Part shown: positions 1 through 9,294 of the stretch, one piece after another | How positions within the stretch are numbered: the first letter of the stretch is position 1 | How the letters are laid out: each line of letters begins with the position of its first letter | DNA from: an uncultured Acidobacteriaceae bacterium | GTDB lineage: Bacteria > Acidobacteriota > Terriglobia > Terriglobales > Acidobacteriaceae | Assembly (NCBI GenBank): GCA_963837245.1 | Contig: CAWIMR010000029.1 | Coordinates: 347,537 to 411,536 of the forward strand | DNA length: 64,000 bases | Reading direction: 5' to 3' | Translations under genes and position numbers: made by a program | Notes under the pieces: model-generated | Told to the model about the DNA's origin: nothing | Seen by the model: only the letters and a program-made list of their open reading frames with translations | Database searches by the model: none

Positions 1-57
1 AGTTTCCTGCTCGTCCGCCAGTTGGGTGGCAGCAGCGTTTTGCTTGGTCTCGGGCAT
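1..57 (-). CDS. hypothetical protein, 5' end only (MPETKQNAAATQLADEQET...), runs off the window
   Basis: ATG at 57-55 on minus strand preceded by GAGGG Shine-Dalgarno; frame stays open to window edge; too short for a homology call. Confidence 0.25.
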   Translation of the reverse strand, partial: MPETKQNAAATQLADEQET

Positions 58-196
58 GAGAGTTGGCCCTCAGTAGTAGAGATAATTCAAGTATCAGCCG
101 GTCGCTGAGATGCCGCTATGACGTGCGTCACAAATTGCAGGGCAGTTTCAAGGTTGGAGCTTCGAGGTAGCGGACCACGAAAACTGAAACTTGAAA

Positions 197-529
197 CTAT
201 TTTCGCCGCGAACTCCAGAAAGAACTCAGGCCGAAATAGGCGAAGATCAGGGCAAACGCGCCTGCCAGCACGACCTTTCCTGATCCCGAGGCGCCGGTCT
301 GATAGCGGTGATACTGGCGAATGGCCGCACCGCCGCCAACCACGGCGAGAAACAAGAAGAGCAAGCCGGTCACTTCCAGCCATAGCACGTGCAGGACGCG
401 TGCGATGCTGTGAAACGTGACGGTACCCGCTCTGTAAAAGGCGCGGACCCAGCGATTTTCGCCGCTTTTCCTTCCCGCGACGCGGAGAAATGCCCGGCCC
501 TGAGTACCAAAACCGCGGGATGACACCAT
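197..529 (-). CDS. hypothetical small membrane protein (two predicted TM helices)
   Basis: 110-aa ORF with two hydrophobic stretches (LLFLFLAVVGGGAAI, VVLAGAFALIFAYFGL); the overlapping 222-aa minus ORF 87-755 is Arg-rich and not protein-like. Confidence 0.3.
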   Translation of the reverse strand: MVSSRGFGTQGRAFLRVAGRKSGENRWVRAFYRAGTVTFHSIARVLHVLWLEVTGLLFLFLAVVGGGAAIRQYHRYQTGASGSGKVVLAGAFALIFAYFGLSSFWSSRRK

Positions 530-757
530 CAGCCTCGTCCGCCCTGCAGTTGGCGGTAGAAAGCGCTATTCTAGCAGCCAGCTTTCGTGCCTGCGGACGT
601 TTGACCAGTTTCGGTCGCGTAACAAAACTTTCACCTGCCGTTTGCATCAAAAGTATTGCGCCGACCGGCGAAAGAGTTAAAGTGCTTCGAGGCGGTTTCG
701 CGTGTTCGCTCGGGGCCCTCCGTTCGTTCACTACGGGACAGCAAGCAGGTGGCATTT

Positions 758-1039
758 ATGGACAATCGACTGAAGGGCCTGATGAAGGAATTGGGAGAAG
801 CGATTAACAGCTCGCTTTCCGATTCTGACGAAATTGCCGAGGTCATCTCCCGAATTAAGGCGGGCGGGTACGACGTGTTTCTGGTGCTGGAGGCGACGAT
901 AGGCCTTAACCAGCGCGATGGGGACGCGGTCGAGAGAAGCCCAATCAAGACGCCGCGATCCTCCGGCGATTTCCGCATTACCTCACAGGATATGAAGTTC
1001 CTGAAGTCCCTCCGCATCCGAGTTGACGACGGGAAGTAG
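758..1039 (+). CDS. hypothetical protein (93 aa, acidic/amphipathic)
   Basis: ATG at 758 with AGGTGG Shine-Dalgarno 6 nt upstream; protein-like composition (MDNRLKGLMKELGEAINSSLSDSDEIAEVISRIKAGGYDVFLVLEAT...). Confidence 0.45.
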   Translation: MDNRLKGLMKELGEAINSSLSDSDEIAEVISRIKAGGYDVFLVLEATIGLNQRDGDAVERSPIKTPRSSGDFRITSQDMKFLKSLRIRVDDGK

Positions 1040-1192
1040 AGTTACCTCTACATAACCCAGCCGTGGGCGGGCAGTGTGCTAACATTCCGACTTCGCTTGC
1101 GGGTTGGCATGCGCCAGCACGGCGCGATCAGCCCTCCGGGGAACGAGCTTACAACCCTTGCCGGGGAAATTCCGTAGTCAGGAAATCGCCTG

Positions 1193-2446
1193 ATGAGACA
1201 AACTCTCGGAGTCTTACTGGCTGGAGGAGCGGGAGAACGTCTTTATCCGCTCACTCGCGACCGCGCCAAGCCGGCCGTTACCTTCGGCGGCATCTATCGC
1301 ATCATCGACATCACGCTTTCCAACTGCATCAACTCCGATCTGCGCAAGGTTTACATTCTGACGCAGTACAAAGCGCTTTCGCTGAACCGGCACATCCGCG
1401 AGGGCTGGGGCAATATCGTGGGCCGCGAACTGGGTGAGTTCATTGAGATCCTGCCGCCCATGAAGCGCGTCAGCGAAAACTGGTATATGGGCACCGCCGA
1501 CGCCGTGTATCAGAACATCTACTCCATTGGCTCGGAGCAGCCGAAGTATGTGCTGATCCTGTCGGGCGATCACATCTACAAAATGAATTACGACCTTATG
1601 CTGCGGCAGCATAAGGATTCGGGTGCAGACGTCACCATCGCGACCATTCTGATTGATCCGGCTGAAACCCGGCAATTTGGCGTGATTGACGTTGACCACA
1701 CCGGCCGGGTTGTTGGCTTCGAGGAGAAGCCGGAACAAACCGAGCTACGTTCGCCCTACAACCCCAGCATGGTGTCGGCTTCGATGGGCGTTTACATATT
1801 CAACACCGACGTGCTCATTCCGGTCTTGCTGAAGGACGCCGAGGACCCGTCCTCGCGCCACGACTTCGGGCACAACATCCTGCCCCGCATGGTGGACGAT
1901 TACAAGGTGTACTCGTTCAACTTCATCGACGAGAACCGCAAGGAAGCGCTGTACTGGCGCGATGTGGGCACGCTGGAAGCCTACTACGAGGCCAACACCG
2001 ACCTGGTGTCGGTCGCCCCGGTATTTAACCTTTACGATGAGGCCTGGCCGATCCGCACTCACATGCGGCAGTATCCGCCGGCCAAGTTCGTCTTCAACGA
2101 TCCGGCTCGCACCGGACAGGCGCACGATTCCATCGTTTCCATGGGCTGCATCATATCCGGCGGCTCGGTGCGCAACAGCGTGCTGTCGCCCGACGTGCGG
2201 GTGAACTCCTACTCCGAGATTGACAGCAGCATACTGTTCACTCACGTGAACATCGGCCGGCATTGTCGCATCCGCAAGGCCATCATCGACCGCGATGTTG
2301 ACATTCCCGAGGGGACCGTCATCGGCTATGACACCGAGGCCGACCGCGCCAAGTACCACGTGACCGATAGCGGAATTACGGTGGTCACGCGCGATTACTC
2401 GCTGTTTGAAAATCCCGTCGCAGTGGATTTCTTTACTTCGGAATAG
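1193..2446 (+). CDS. glgC: glucose-1-phosphate adenylyltransferase
   Basis: LLAGGAGERLYPLTRDRAKPAV..FGGIYRIIDITLSNCINS..ILTQYKALSLNRHIREGW matches the GlgC N-terminal signature; length 417 aa. Confidence 0.9.
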   Translation: MRQTLGVLLAGGAGERLYPLTRDRAKPAVTFGGIYRIIDITLSNCINSDLRKVYILTQYKALSLNRHIREGWGNIVGRELGEFIEILPPMKRVSENWYMGTADAVYQNIYSIGSEQPKYVLILSGDHIYKMNYDLMLRQHKDSGADVTIATILIDPAETRQFGVIDVDHTGRVVGFEEKPEQTELRSPYNPSMVSASMGVYIFNTDVLIPVLLKDAEDPSSRHDFGHNILPRMVDDYKVYSFNFIDENRKEALYWRDVGTLEAYYEANTDLVSVAPVFNLYDEAWPIRTHMRQYPPAKFVFNDPARTGQAHDSIVSMGCIISGGSVRNSVLSPDVRVNSYSEIDSSILFTHVNIGRHCRIRKAIIDRDVDIPEGTVIGYDTEADRAKYHVTDSGITVVTRDYSLFENPVAVDFFTSE

Positions 2447-2469
2447 TTGCATTTACCAAGGCAACACAG

Positions 2470-2495
2470 AGGCGCGGGGGAATCTGCGCCTTTTG
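2470..2495 (+). terminator. intrinsic terminator candidate downstream of glgC
   Basis: AGGCGC-gggggaatct-GCGCCT hairpin followed by TTTT. Confidence 0.4.
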
Positions 2496-2525
2496 CGTTG
2501 GGCAAGGCAGGGAACGGGGGGTGCA

Positions 2526-3926
2526 TCACTGCCGTTTCGCTGCCTTCTTCGCCGGCACGGACTTGGCGGCGCGAACTTTGCCGGTGCGAATCGCGCGTCT
2601 CAGCTGTTCCCAGTCCTTCACCGTCTGGTTTGCGTAAGTAACGCCGAAGATGGCCATCGCCTGGTCAAATTTGTCGTTGTTGCCAAGATAACCTGCGAAG
2701 GCGCAGGAATCGCCCGAGCGCGCGTGCCCCTTCGAGAGCAATTCGCCGCACATCTCCGCATACTCCACCAACCCTCTGCCTTTGAGGTCGTCTTCCGCGA
2801 TGCCTGCTTTGTGGTCGCGCAACTGGCGAACCACGTATTCGCAGTTCCCGATGGAGGTCCACCCCAGGAAGATGTCGGACTGCATCTGCATCGCGCGCCC
2901 ACCCTCGGCCGTGCGCTGCCCTTGATGTCTGGCAACCGGGCTGTGAGGCAGGTAGGGAGCATAAGCGGACCCGGGCTCTTCCTTGATCTGGATGAACAGT
3001 GGGTCCGAAATCGCCCCGCCGAACATAAGCAGCACGTAATCGCGGAGTCCCACGCTGCCCGTGCCCACCACGCGAAACGCGACGTCCTCGACCCGATATT
3101 GTGAAAAGAAGTGCGCCCGCTCGGGCAGAAGACTACGAGCGTAACGACGCAGTGATCCCACTGCCTCGTCGGCTTCCTTGGGCGAAACGTGATATTGCGT
3201 CGGCTTCTGGTCGCAAAACACGTGCTTGCCGTCCTGCAGGACGGTCAATTTTTGCAAATTGTGCAACGGCGTGGCCCGTTCCGCTTTGCGCAGGACGGAC
3301 CGGACAGGATCGATTTCCCGATAAATCTGAAAGCGTGCGAGGTCCACCCCCCGCATTTCGGAGAAGCGGTGCATCCAGACTCGATAGCTGCGAGCAAAAG
3401 CAAGCACGGCGCCCTTGCATTGTCTCTCGGAGTTGCCGGCCTCCCGCCCGGCAAGCACCAGGCTCGCCGACATCCGCTTCACGTCCCACTCCCAGGGCCC
3501 GATAAGGGTTTCGTCGAAGTCGTTGATGTCGAAGATCAGGCGCCCGTCAGGGGCCTCAAAAGCTCCCATGTTCTGTACGTGCGCGTCGCCGCAAATTTGG
3601 GCCATCAGGTCGGTGCGCGGCAACGGCGCCAGGTCGGCCGCCATCACCGGTACGGCCCCGCGAAAGAACCCAAATGGCGAAGTCGCCATATGCGCCCACT
3701 TAATAGGCAAGAGCGAGGGGATGCGTCCATGCTGCGAGGCCAGCAGAATGTCGACCACATCGTGCTTGCGGTCCTTGTGGTTCCAGTTTGCCTGGTCAAC
3801 CCGCCTGATCTTGTCGCGGCATAAGCGGCCGTGCTGGCGTCGCTCTTCGCGGGTCATCAACTTCGACTTCTGGGGGGACATAAGCTTGACGAGCATCATA
3901 CGCCCTAAGTAGCCGACCATAAACAA
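2526..3926 (-). CDS. DUF2252 family protein
   Basis: 466-aa ORF with a DUF2252-like conserved core (recognised from memory, no catalytic assignment). Confidence 0.7.
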   Translation of the reverse strand: MFMVGYLGRMMLVKLMSPQKSKLMTREERRQHGRLCRDKIRRVDQANWNHKDRKHDVVDILLASQHGRIPSLLPIKWAHMATSPFGFFRGAVPVMAADLAPLPRTDLMAQICGDAHVQNMGAFEAPDGRLIFDINDFDETLIGPWEWDVKRMSASLVLAGREAGNSERQCKGAVLAFARSYRVWMHRFSEMRGVDLARFQIYREIDPVRSVLRKAERATPLHNLQKLTVLQDGKHVFCDQKPTQYHVSPKEADEAVGSLRRYARSLLPERAHFFSQYRVEDVAFRVVGTGSVGLRDYVLLMFGGAISDPLFIQIKEEPGSAYAPYLPHSPVARHQGQRTAEGGRAMQMQSDIFLGWTSIGNCEYVVRQLRDHKAGIAEDDLKGRGLVEYAEMCGELLSKGHARSGDSCAFAGYLGNNDKFDQAMAIFGVTYANQTVKDWEQLRRAIRTGKVRAAKSVPAKKAAKRQ

Positions 3927-4468
3927 AATGTCTGCGAAGACAGCGAGTCAGTCTGATTTTCTTAAGCCGGCACCCGACCGGACGTCTATGCCGACCCCTC
4001 ATGCTTGGTGGCTGTCCCAATTCGGGAGCCCATAGTTACTTTCGTAAGTTGACTCGGCTGTTCTTAGGTGCTTTTCCCCGGCGCTGGGGCTAACCTGAAG
4101 AGTGGTGAACAGTAGTGCTCAAAAATAGGTTTCTGCATCATGCTGCTTGTTCAGAGTTATACCTTTGACCGACTTCGCGAGCAGGAAGCCGGTTCCTTGG
4201 CTGATGGGAAAGAGACCAAGCGCTTGAACCATAAGTCCAAGCAGCTCTATTACATGCGAATAAATCTTTACAAATCAGCTAGTTACGCCGGAAACACATC
4301 GCAAGTAACTGAAAACAAACATAGCCTTGTGGGGGTACCAGGGCGCGAAAAGTGGCGGGTTGAGCGTGATTAGAGACGTGGCAGCGCACGAACAGCCAAG
4401 ACCCGAGGTCGCGCCCCGGCCGCGATAAGCGCGATAAGATGGAAACAGATCCATACTCAGGAGCATCG

Positions 4469-5410
4469 ATGTCGGCCACCATTCTCGACGGAACGAAGAT
4501 CGCGGCGCAGATCAAAGCGGAGGTCGGGAACGAAGTCAAGGAGTTGACCGCTGCCGGCCTTCGTCCCGGCCTGGCGGTGGTGCTGGCCGGGCACAATCCG
4601 GCATCAGAGATTTATGTTCGCAACAAGGTGAAGAGCTGCGAGCAACTTGGCATCTACAGCGAGAAGCACACGCCGCCGGACACCGTGACGACCGCCGAAC
4701 TGCTGGCTTTGGTGGATGACCTCAATCGCCGCGACGAGATTGACGGCATTCTGGTGCAGCTGCCATTGCCGCTGCAAGTGGATGCGAAGAAAGTCCTGCT
4801 CGCCGTGTCTCCACAGAAGGACGTAGACGGATTTCATCCTATGAATGTCGGCTACCTCTCGACCCAGCGTCCCGGACTGGTTCCGTGCACTCCTGCCGGG
4901 ATCCTTGAGATTTTGAAGCGGAGCGGCATCGCCATCGCCGGCGCAGAAGCCGTGGTTGTTGGACGCAGCGACATCGTAGGCAAGCCGGTGGCCATGCTGC
5001 TGCTGAACAGCAACGCGACGGTCACGGTTTGCCATTCCAAAACGCGAGACCTGCCTGGAGTCTGCCGCCGCGCCGACATTCTCATCGCCGCCATTGGCAA
5101 GGCGGGCATGATTACGCCTGAATTCGTGAAGCCAGGAGCAACGGTCATCGATGTTGGCATGAATACCGTCACCGACGCCGCCGAGTTTCGCAGGTTCTTT
5201 GCGGGCAATGAGAAGCGCGAGCGCGACTTTGCGGCCAAAGGCTCGACCCTGATGGGCGACGTCGATCCCAGGGTGGCCGAGGTTGCCGGAGCGATGACAC
5301 CGGTGCCAGGCGGCGTTGGGCCATTGACCATCGCCATGTTGATGAGCAACACGGCGAAGGCAGCCAAACTGCGGCGCGGGCGTACGGTGGGAGCTGTGGC
5401 GGTTCGCTAG
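4469..5410 (+). CDS. folD: bifunctional 5,10-methylene-tetrahydrofolate dehydrogenase / cyclohydrolase
   Basis: ILDGTKIAAQIKAEV..PGLAVVLAGHNPASEIYVRNKVKSCEQLGI..DGILVQLPLP..PVPGGVGPLT signature; GGAG Shine-Dalgarno before ATG 4469. Confidence 0.9.
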   Translation: MSATILDGTKIAAQIKAEVGNEVKELTAAGLRPGLAVVLAGHNPASEIYVRNKVKSCEQLGIYSEKHTPPDTVTTAELLALVDDLNRRDEIDGILVQLPLPLQVDAKKVLLAVSPQKDVDGFHPMNVGYLSTQRPGLVPCTPAGILEILKRSGIAIAGAEAVVVGRSDIVGKPVAMLLLNSNATVTVCHSKTRDLPGVCRRADILIAAIGKAGMITPEFVKPGATVIDVGMNTVTDAAEFRRFFAGNEKRERDFAAKGSTLMGDVDPRVAEVAGAMTPVPGGVGPLTIAMLMSNTAKAAKLRRGRTVGAVAVR

Positions 5411-5490
5411 AGTGGGTTAGCTGCGCTTGTTTGCGCGAGCGGCAGAGAGCGGCAGGAATTCAGCCCCGCAGGGGCGACCGAGGGCTGTCC

Positions 5491-6261
5491 ATGGACCAGA
5501 TTCAATGCGAACGTGATGGAGCCGTGCAGTGCATCGCCATCAACCGTCCGGAAAAGAAGAACGCGCTGACGGCCGAGATGTACAACGCGCTGGCCGACGC
5601 GGTGGAGCGGGGCGAAGCTGATCCCGCAGTGCGCGTGATGCTGTTGCACGCCACCGGGGAAGCGTTTACCGGCGGCAACGATTTGGTTGATTTTCTGCAG
5701 AAACCATGGGCAGGACAGGAGATACCACCGGCCGTCCGCTTCATTCATGCGGTGGCACAGGCGAAGAAGCCGATGGTGGCCGCGGTGCAGGGACTCGCGG
5801 TGGGGGTGGGCGTGACGATTCTGCTGCACTGCGATCTGGTGTATGCCGCTGAGGGGGCGAAGTTCATGATGCCGTTCATCGACCTCGGCATCGTTCCCGA
5901 GGCTGCTTCGACCGTGCTCTTGCCTGCGCTCATGGGACACCAGCGTGCGGTCGAGCTGCTGATGCTGGGCGCTCCACTGAGCGCGCAGCGCGCCTATGAA
6001 CTGGGATTGGTCAACGCCGTTGTCGCTCCCGACGCGTTGTTTGCCACCGCCCTGCAGAGCGCGAAGATGATCACGGAAAAGCCATTTGGAGCGCTGCTTG
6101 CATGTAAGCGGCTGTTGAAGCAAGCGAATCATGCGGCGGTAAATCGGGCCCTGCGGGAAGAAGTGCATGAAATCAAGGAGCGGCTTGATTCGCCGGAGAC
6201 AAAGGAGGCCCTCACCGCGTTCCTGGAGAAGCGGAAGCCGGACTTCTCCAAGTTTCGGTAA
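5491..6261 (+). CDS. enoyl-CoA hydratase/isomerase (crotonase) family protein
   Basis: IAINRPEKKNALT..FTGGNDL..AAVQGLAVGVGVTILLHCDLVYAAE crotonase fold motifs; GAGGG Shine-Dalgarno. Confidence 0.85.
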   Translation: MDQIQCERDGAVQCIAINRPEKKNALTAEMYNALADAVERGEADPAVRVMLLHATGEAFTGGNDLVDFLQKPWAGQEIPPAVRFIHAVAQAKKPMVAAVQGLAVGVGVTILLHCDLVYAAEGAKFMMPFIDLGIVPEAASTVLLPALMGHQRAVELLMLGAPLSAQRAYELGLVNAVVAPDALFATALQSAKMITEKPFGALLACKRLLKQANHAAVNRALREEVHEIKERLDSPETKEALTAFLEKRKPDFSKFR

Positions 6262-6349
6262 CATGCGCGCGCCAGATCTGGTATCTAACCGGATTAAAGG
6301 TGTGAGAAATCGACGTCTTTGGTGTTAAAATGCCCTGCGTCGGTCGTCC

Positions 6350-6381
6350 GCCTGTTATGCTATTCACCTGTTATGCTATTC
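6350..6381. repeat. perfect 16-nt tandem direct repeat (CCTGTTATGCTATTCA x2) just upstream of the SYLF gene
   Basis: Read directly from the sequence: cctgttatgctattca cctgttatgctattca aga aagggggg cttaATG. Confidence 0.6.
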
Positions 6382-6397
6382 AAGAAAGGGGGGCTTA

Positions 6398-7088
6398 ATG
6401 CCCATGCCAAAAACCAAGACCGCTATTTGTGGTTTGCTCACATCCCTGCTTCTGATCTTGACCCTGCCCGCTTGGGGCGCTGACAAAACCAAAGACGAAG
6501 AGACCATTAGAAACGCCACCACGGTGCTACAGGCGATGGTCGGCAGCAAGGACATTCCCGCCAGCGCAGTGGCGAAGGCCGAGTGCATCATCATTATGCC
6601 CAGCGTGAAGAAGTTCGCCTTCGGCATCGGTGGTACCGGCGGTCGTGGTCCGATGACTTGCCGCGAGGGGGCTAACTTCAGCGGCAAATGGTCACCGCCC
6701 GCCATGTACACCGTCGGCGGCGCCAGTGCCGGCTTTCAGGTCGGCGCCACGACTAAGGATTTCATCCTCCTGATCATGGCGCCGGGGGCGGCGAACAAGA
6801 TGTTGGACGGCAAAGTCAAGGTCGGCAGTGACGCGACCGCAGCGGCCGGTTCGGGAGTCAGCGCGAGTACGAGTACTGCTGACATCCTGACTTATTCCCG
6901 AACTTCGGGCTTTTCGCTGGCGTATCACTCGACGGCTCCTCGCTCGAACCCTGACAGTGACGCTAACAGCGCCTGTACGGGAAAGCGGCCAGCGCGCGGG
7001 AGATTGTTGAGCGGCAGTGGGGTTACGACGACGCCCGGCGGGCCAGCAACTGGTTACCCTGCTCAATACCAAGGCGGGAAAGATGTAG
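6398..7088 (+). CDS. SYLF/Ysc84 (DUF500) lipid-binding domain protein, secreted; the 3' ~170 nt are disrupted by several frame hops
   Basis: Signal peptide, then the N-terminal 170 aa match the SYLF fold. YSR..GLFAGVSLDGSSLEP, PDSDANSA, LYGKAASAREIV and GQQLVTLLNTKAGKM* are each readable but alternate among the three forward frames between 6899 and 7088. The ORF track's clean 6398-7189 call reads nonsense after ~6900. Confidence 0.7.
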
Positions 7089-7280
7089 TTGGCAGCCACT
7101 GCGACTACAGCGGTGGTTGTCACGGCTTTGATCTTCTCGCGGAGAAGAATGCCCCGTTCGGGCCGATAGTGCTGGAACGGGGCGTTTGATATTGCTACGG
7201 CAACCTGCTTTGCAACCGCGCGCCAAAGGGCCTCGCGATTATTCCGACCACACACGCAGTTCGTAATACTCGAACAGCGT

Positions 7281-7314
7281 AAGCCGGCGACGGCTCAAGA
7301 TCCGTCGCCGGCTT
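7281..7314. terminator. GC-rich hairpin between the convergent SYLF gene and the M20 peptidase gene (bidirectional terminator candidate)
   Basis: AAGCCGGCGACGG-ctcaagat-CCGTCGCCGGCTT, a 13-bp perfect stem. Confidence 0.45.
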
Positions 7315-7321
7315 TCTGCTG

Positions 7322-8821
7322 TTACGCACCCATTGCGTATAGATACTCGACAAACGATCGGGTCGCTCCGTCGATACCCTGCACCTTCGGGTTCGATGAT
7401 TCGATGACATAGTATTCGTCGGGTGCGTGAGCACCACTGCCGTGTCCCAGGCCGAAGTGTCCTGCCGGCAGGCGCAGCGGTTCCCCGGTGAAGACGTATC
7501 CCGGCCACGACCCGGCGTTGCGCGGCAACATGACGGGACTGATGTTGTTCTGACGATAGACAGCAACCTGCGAGCGAATGAGTGTAGTGTCAGGTGAGGT
7601 ACTGGTGGGATCGTATCCGCCGGTCATGTTGACTTCGATGTCGCCAAAACCTTTGTTGGCGAGATGGGCTTTGAGCGCTGCCAGCGCGTCCGCCGCCGTC
7701 ATGTCGGGCACGAGCCGCAAGTCCATTTTGGCGACCGCCTTATGAGGAAGGATGGTCTTGCCGCCTGGCCCAGTGTAGCCTCCCACCAAACCCTCGATAT
7801 TTACCGTGGGGTTGGCCACCAACATTTCCAGGGCCTGTTGCCAGTTGGCGTCGTGGATCCAGTGAGTCACGCCGAGTTGCTGCATCGCGACGGCCTCGTT
7901 CAGCCGTTTTGCGGCTTCGGCGACCATCGCCTTCTGGGCATCGGACAGCGGCTGCGCCTTGTCGGCGTAACCGGCAATGGCCGGCGTGTTGCCGTCGGGT
8001 GAAACCAGCGTAGCCAGCGCCAGCACCAAATGCCAAGCTGGACTGTCGACCCGCGCCTTGTTGCTGGAATGGATATCCTTGCGCGGGCCGCGTCCCCAAC
8101 GCTCTCCGCTGGAAACCAGTTCCAGTTCGATCACGCCTTTTGCACCAAGAGTCATAGTTACCATGCCGTCGAGTCCCTGCAACGCCGACGGCATGAAGAT
8201 GCCCTCGCAGCGCTTCAGCGCGGCGGTGACTTCGGGCCGGCGAACGATTTGCGGGAAATGTGGCGATCCGATTTCCTCTTCACCCTCGGCCACGAACACG
8301 AGATTGACGGGCATTTTCTTACCGGCCCCACGAATAGCGTGAATTGCCGCAAGAAAAGCGGCTTCGGGTCCCTTCTGGTTGACCGCGCCGCGGCCCACCA
8401 AGATCTGGCCCAAGCCGGGCTTGTCCACGAGGGCGGCATCCCACGGCGGCGAAGACCATTCCGCGGGATCAACCTGCTTGACGTCGTACATGAAGTAAAG
8501 CCCGAGGGTTCGTGGCGCCCCGGCGTCGAGGGTGGCAAATACGCCGGGCTGACCGTCGGTGGGGACCTTGGTGACGCTGGCAAATCCAGCATCACGCAGC
8601 AGGTTCATCATCATCTCGCAGCCTTCCGCCATGCCCCGGTTCTCGGCGGCGATCGAGGGCTGATGGATCCAGTCCTGCAAACGCTTGACGGATTGGCTGT
8701 GTTGCTTAGCGATCTCGGCAGAAATGTCGTTCAAGTCTGGCTGTTCGGCTGTCGAGAGGCCCGGCAACGCAACCGCCGCGGCGCTGAGAGCGGCACCCTG
8801 GAGGAAAGTTCGTCTGTCCAT
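7322..8821 (-). CDS. M20-family metallopeptidase/dipeptidase, Tat-exported
   Basis: Twin-arginine signal MDRRTFLQGAALSAAAVALPG; M20 (ArgE/DapE/CPG2-like) length and motifs. Confidence 0.8.
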   Translation of the reverse strand: MDRRTFLQGAALSAAAVALPGLSTAEQPDLNDISAEIAKQHSQSVKRLQDWIHQPSIAAENRGMAEGCEMMMNLLRDAGFASVTKVPTDGQPGVFATLDAGAPRTLGLYFMYDVKQVDPAEWSSPPWDAALVDKPGLGQILVGRGAVNQKGPEAAFLAAIHAIRGAGKKMPVNLVFVAEGEEEIGSPHFPQIVRRPEVTAALKRCEGIFMPSALQGLDGMVTMTLGAKGVIELELVSSGERWGRGPRKDIHSSNKARVDSPAWHLVLALATLVSPDGNTPAIAGYADKAQPLSDAQKAMVAEAAKRLNEAVAMQQLGVTHWIHDANWQQALEMLVANPTVNIEGLVGGYTGPGGKTILPHKAVAKMDLRLVPDMTAADALAALKAHLANKGFGDIEVNMTGGYDPTSTSPDTTLIRSQVAVYRQNNISPVMLPRNAGSWPGYVFTGEPLRLPAGHFGLGHGSGAHAPDEYYVIESSNPKVQGIDGATRSFVEYLYAMGA

Positions 8822-9294
8822 AGCGTGTAACGATAACGGCTGCGAGCCCCGACGTCCAGAAGCAAAACCGGGCGATCACGAATCACAAGGTCAGCGCCGT
8901 ACCTGTGGGCTGTGACCAAGCGGCTGGAAATATTGGCGGAAGCGTGTGCGAGTCGAACGCACCATTGACACCGCAAGGCGCCAATCGCCGGTTTTGAAGA
9001 CCGGAAGGGTCACCGGACCCCCTTCGCTTCCGCAGTGGGCGGACCGAGGCACCACCGAGTATCGAGTCCGCATACTTAAGGCTTCGCCTGCTTCTGCCGC
9101 GAGATATCTTGCCGTCCCGGACGGTTCTCCCAGTCATTCGCCCCGGACACTGATACTGACTTGCGGTGATAATTTTCTTAGGAGCTGGGACGGAAATCCG
9201 CAACCGTAGGAGCTGGCTAGCAATCTGCTAGATTGTACGGCCCGGGGAGAACTTCCGGTAGTCTCAGAATAAACATCCATGGGAGAGCGCCATC

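Noticed and set aside
87-755. 222-aa minus-strand ORF and other long antisense ORFs (e.g. 1214-1738, 1745-2452, 28437-29171, 40470-41513, 58550-59782)
   Set aside because: Arg/Ala/Gly-rich translations typical of the antisense strand of high-GC coding DNA. Each overlaps a well-supported gene on the other strand.
4375-4468. ZTP or THF riboswitch in the folD leader
   Set aside because: None of the conserved nucleotides I remember for the pfl (ZTP) pseudoknot or the THF motif are present. Left as an unassigned leader.
6350-6381. CRISPR array
   Set aside because: Only two-copy repeats are present (the 16-nt tandem here, the 38-nt pair at 24285/24443). There is no spacer structure and no cas genes.
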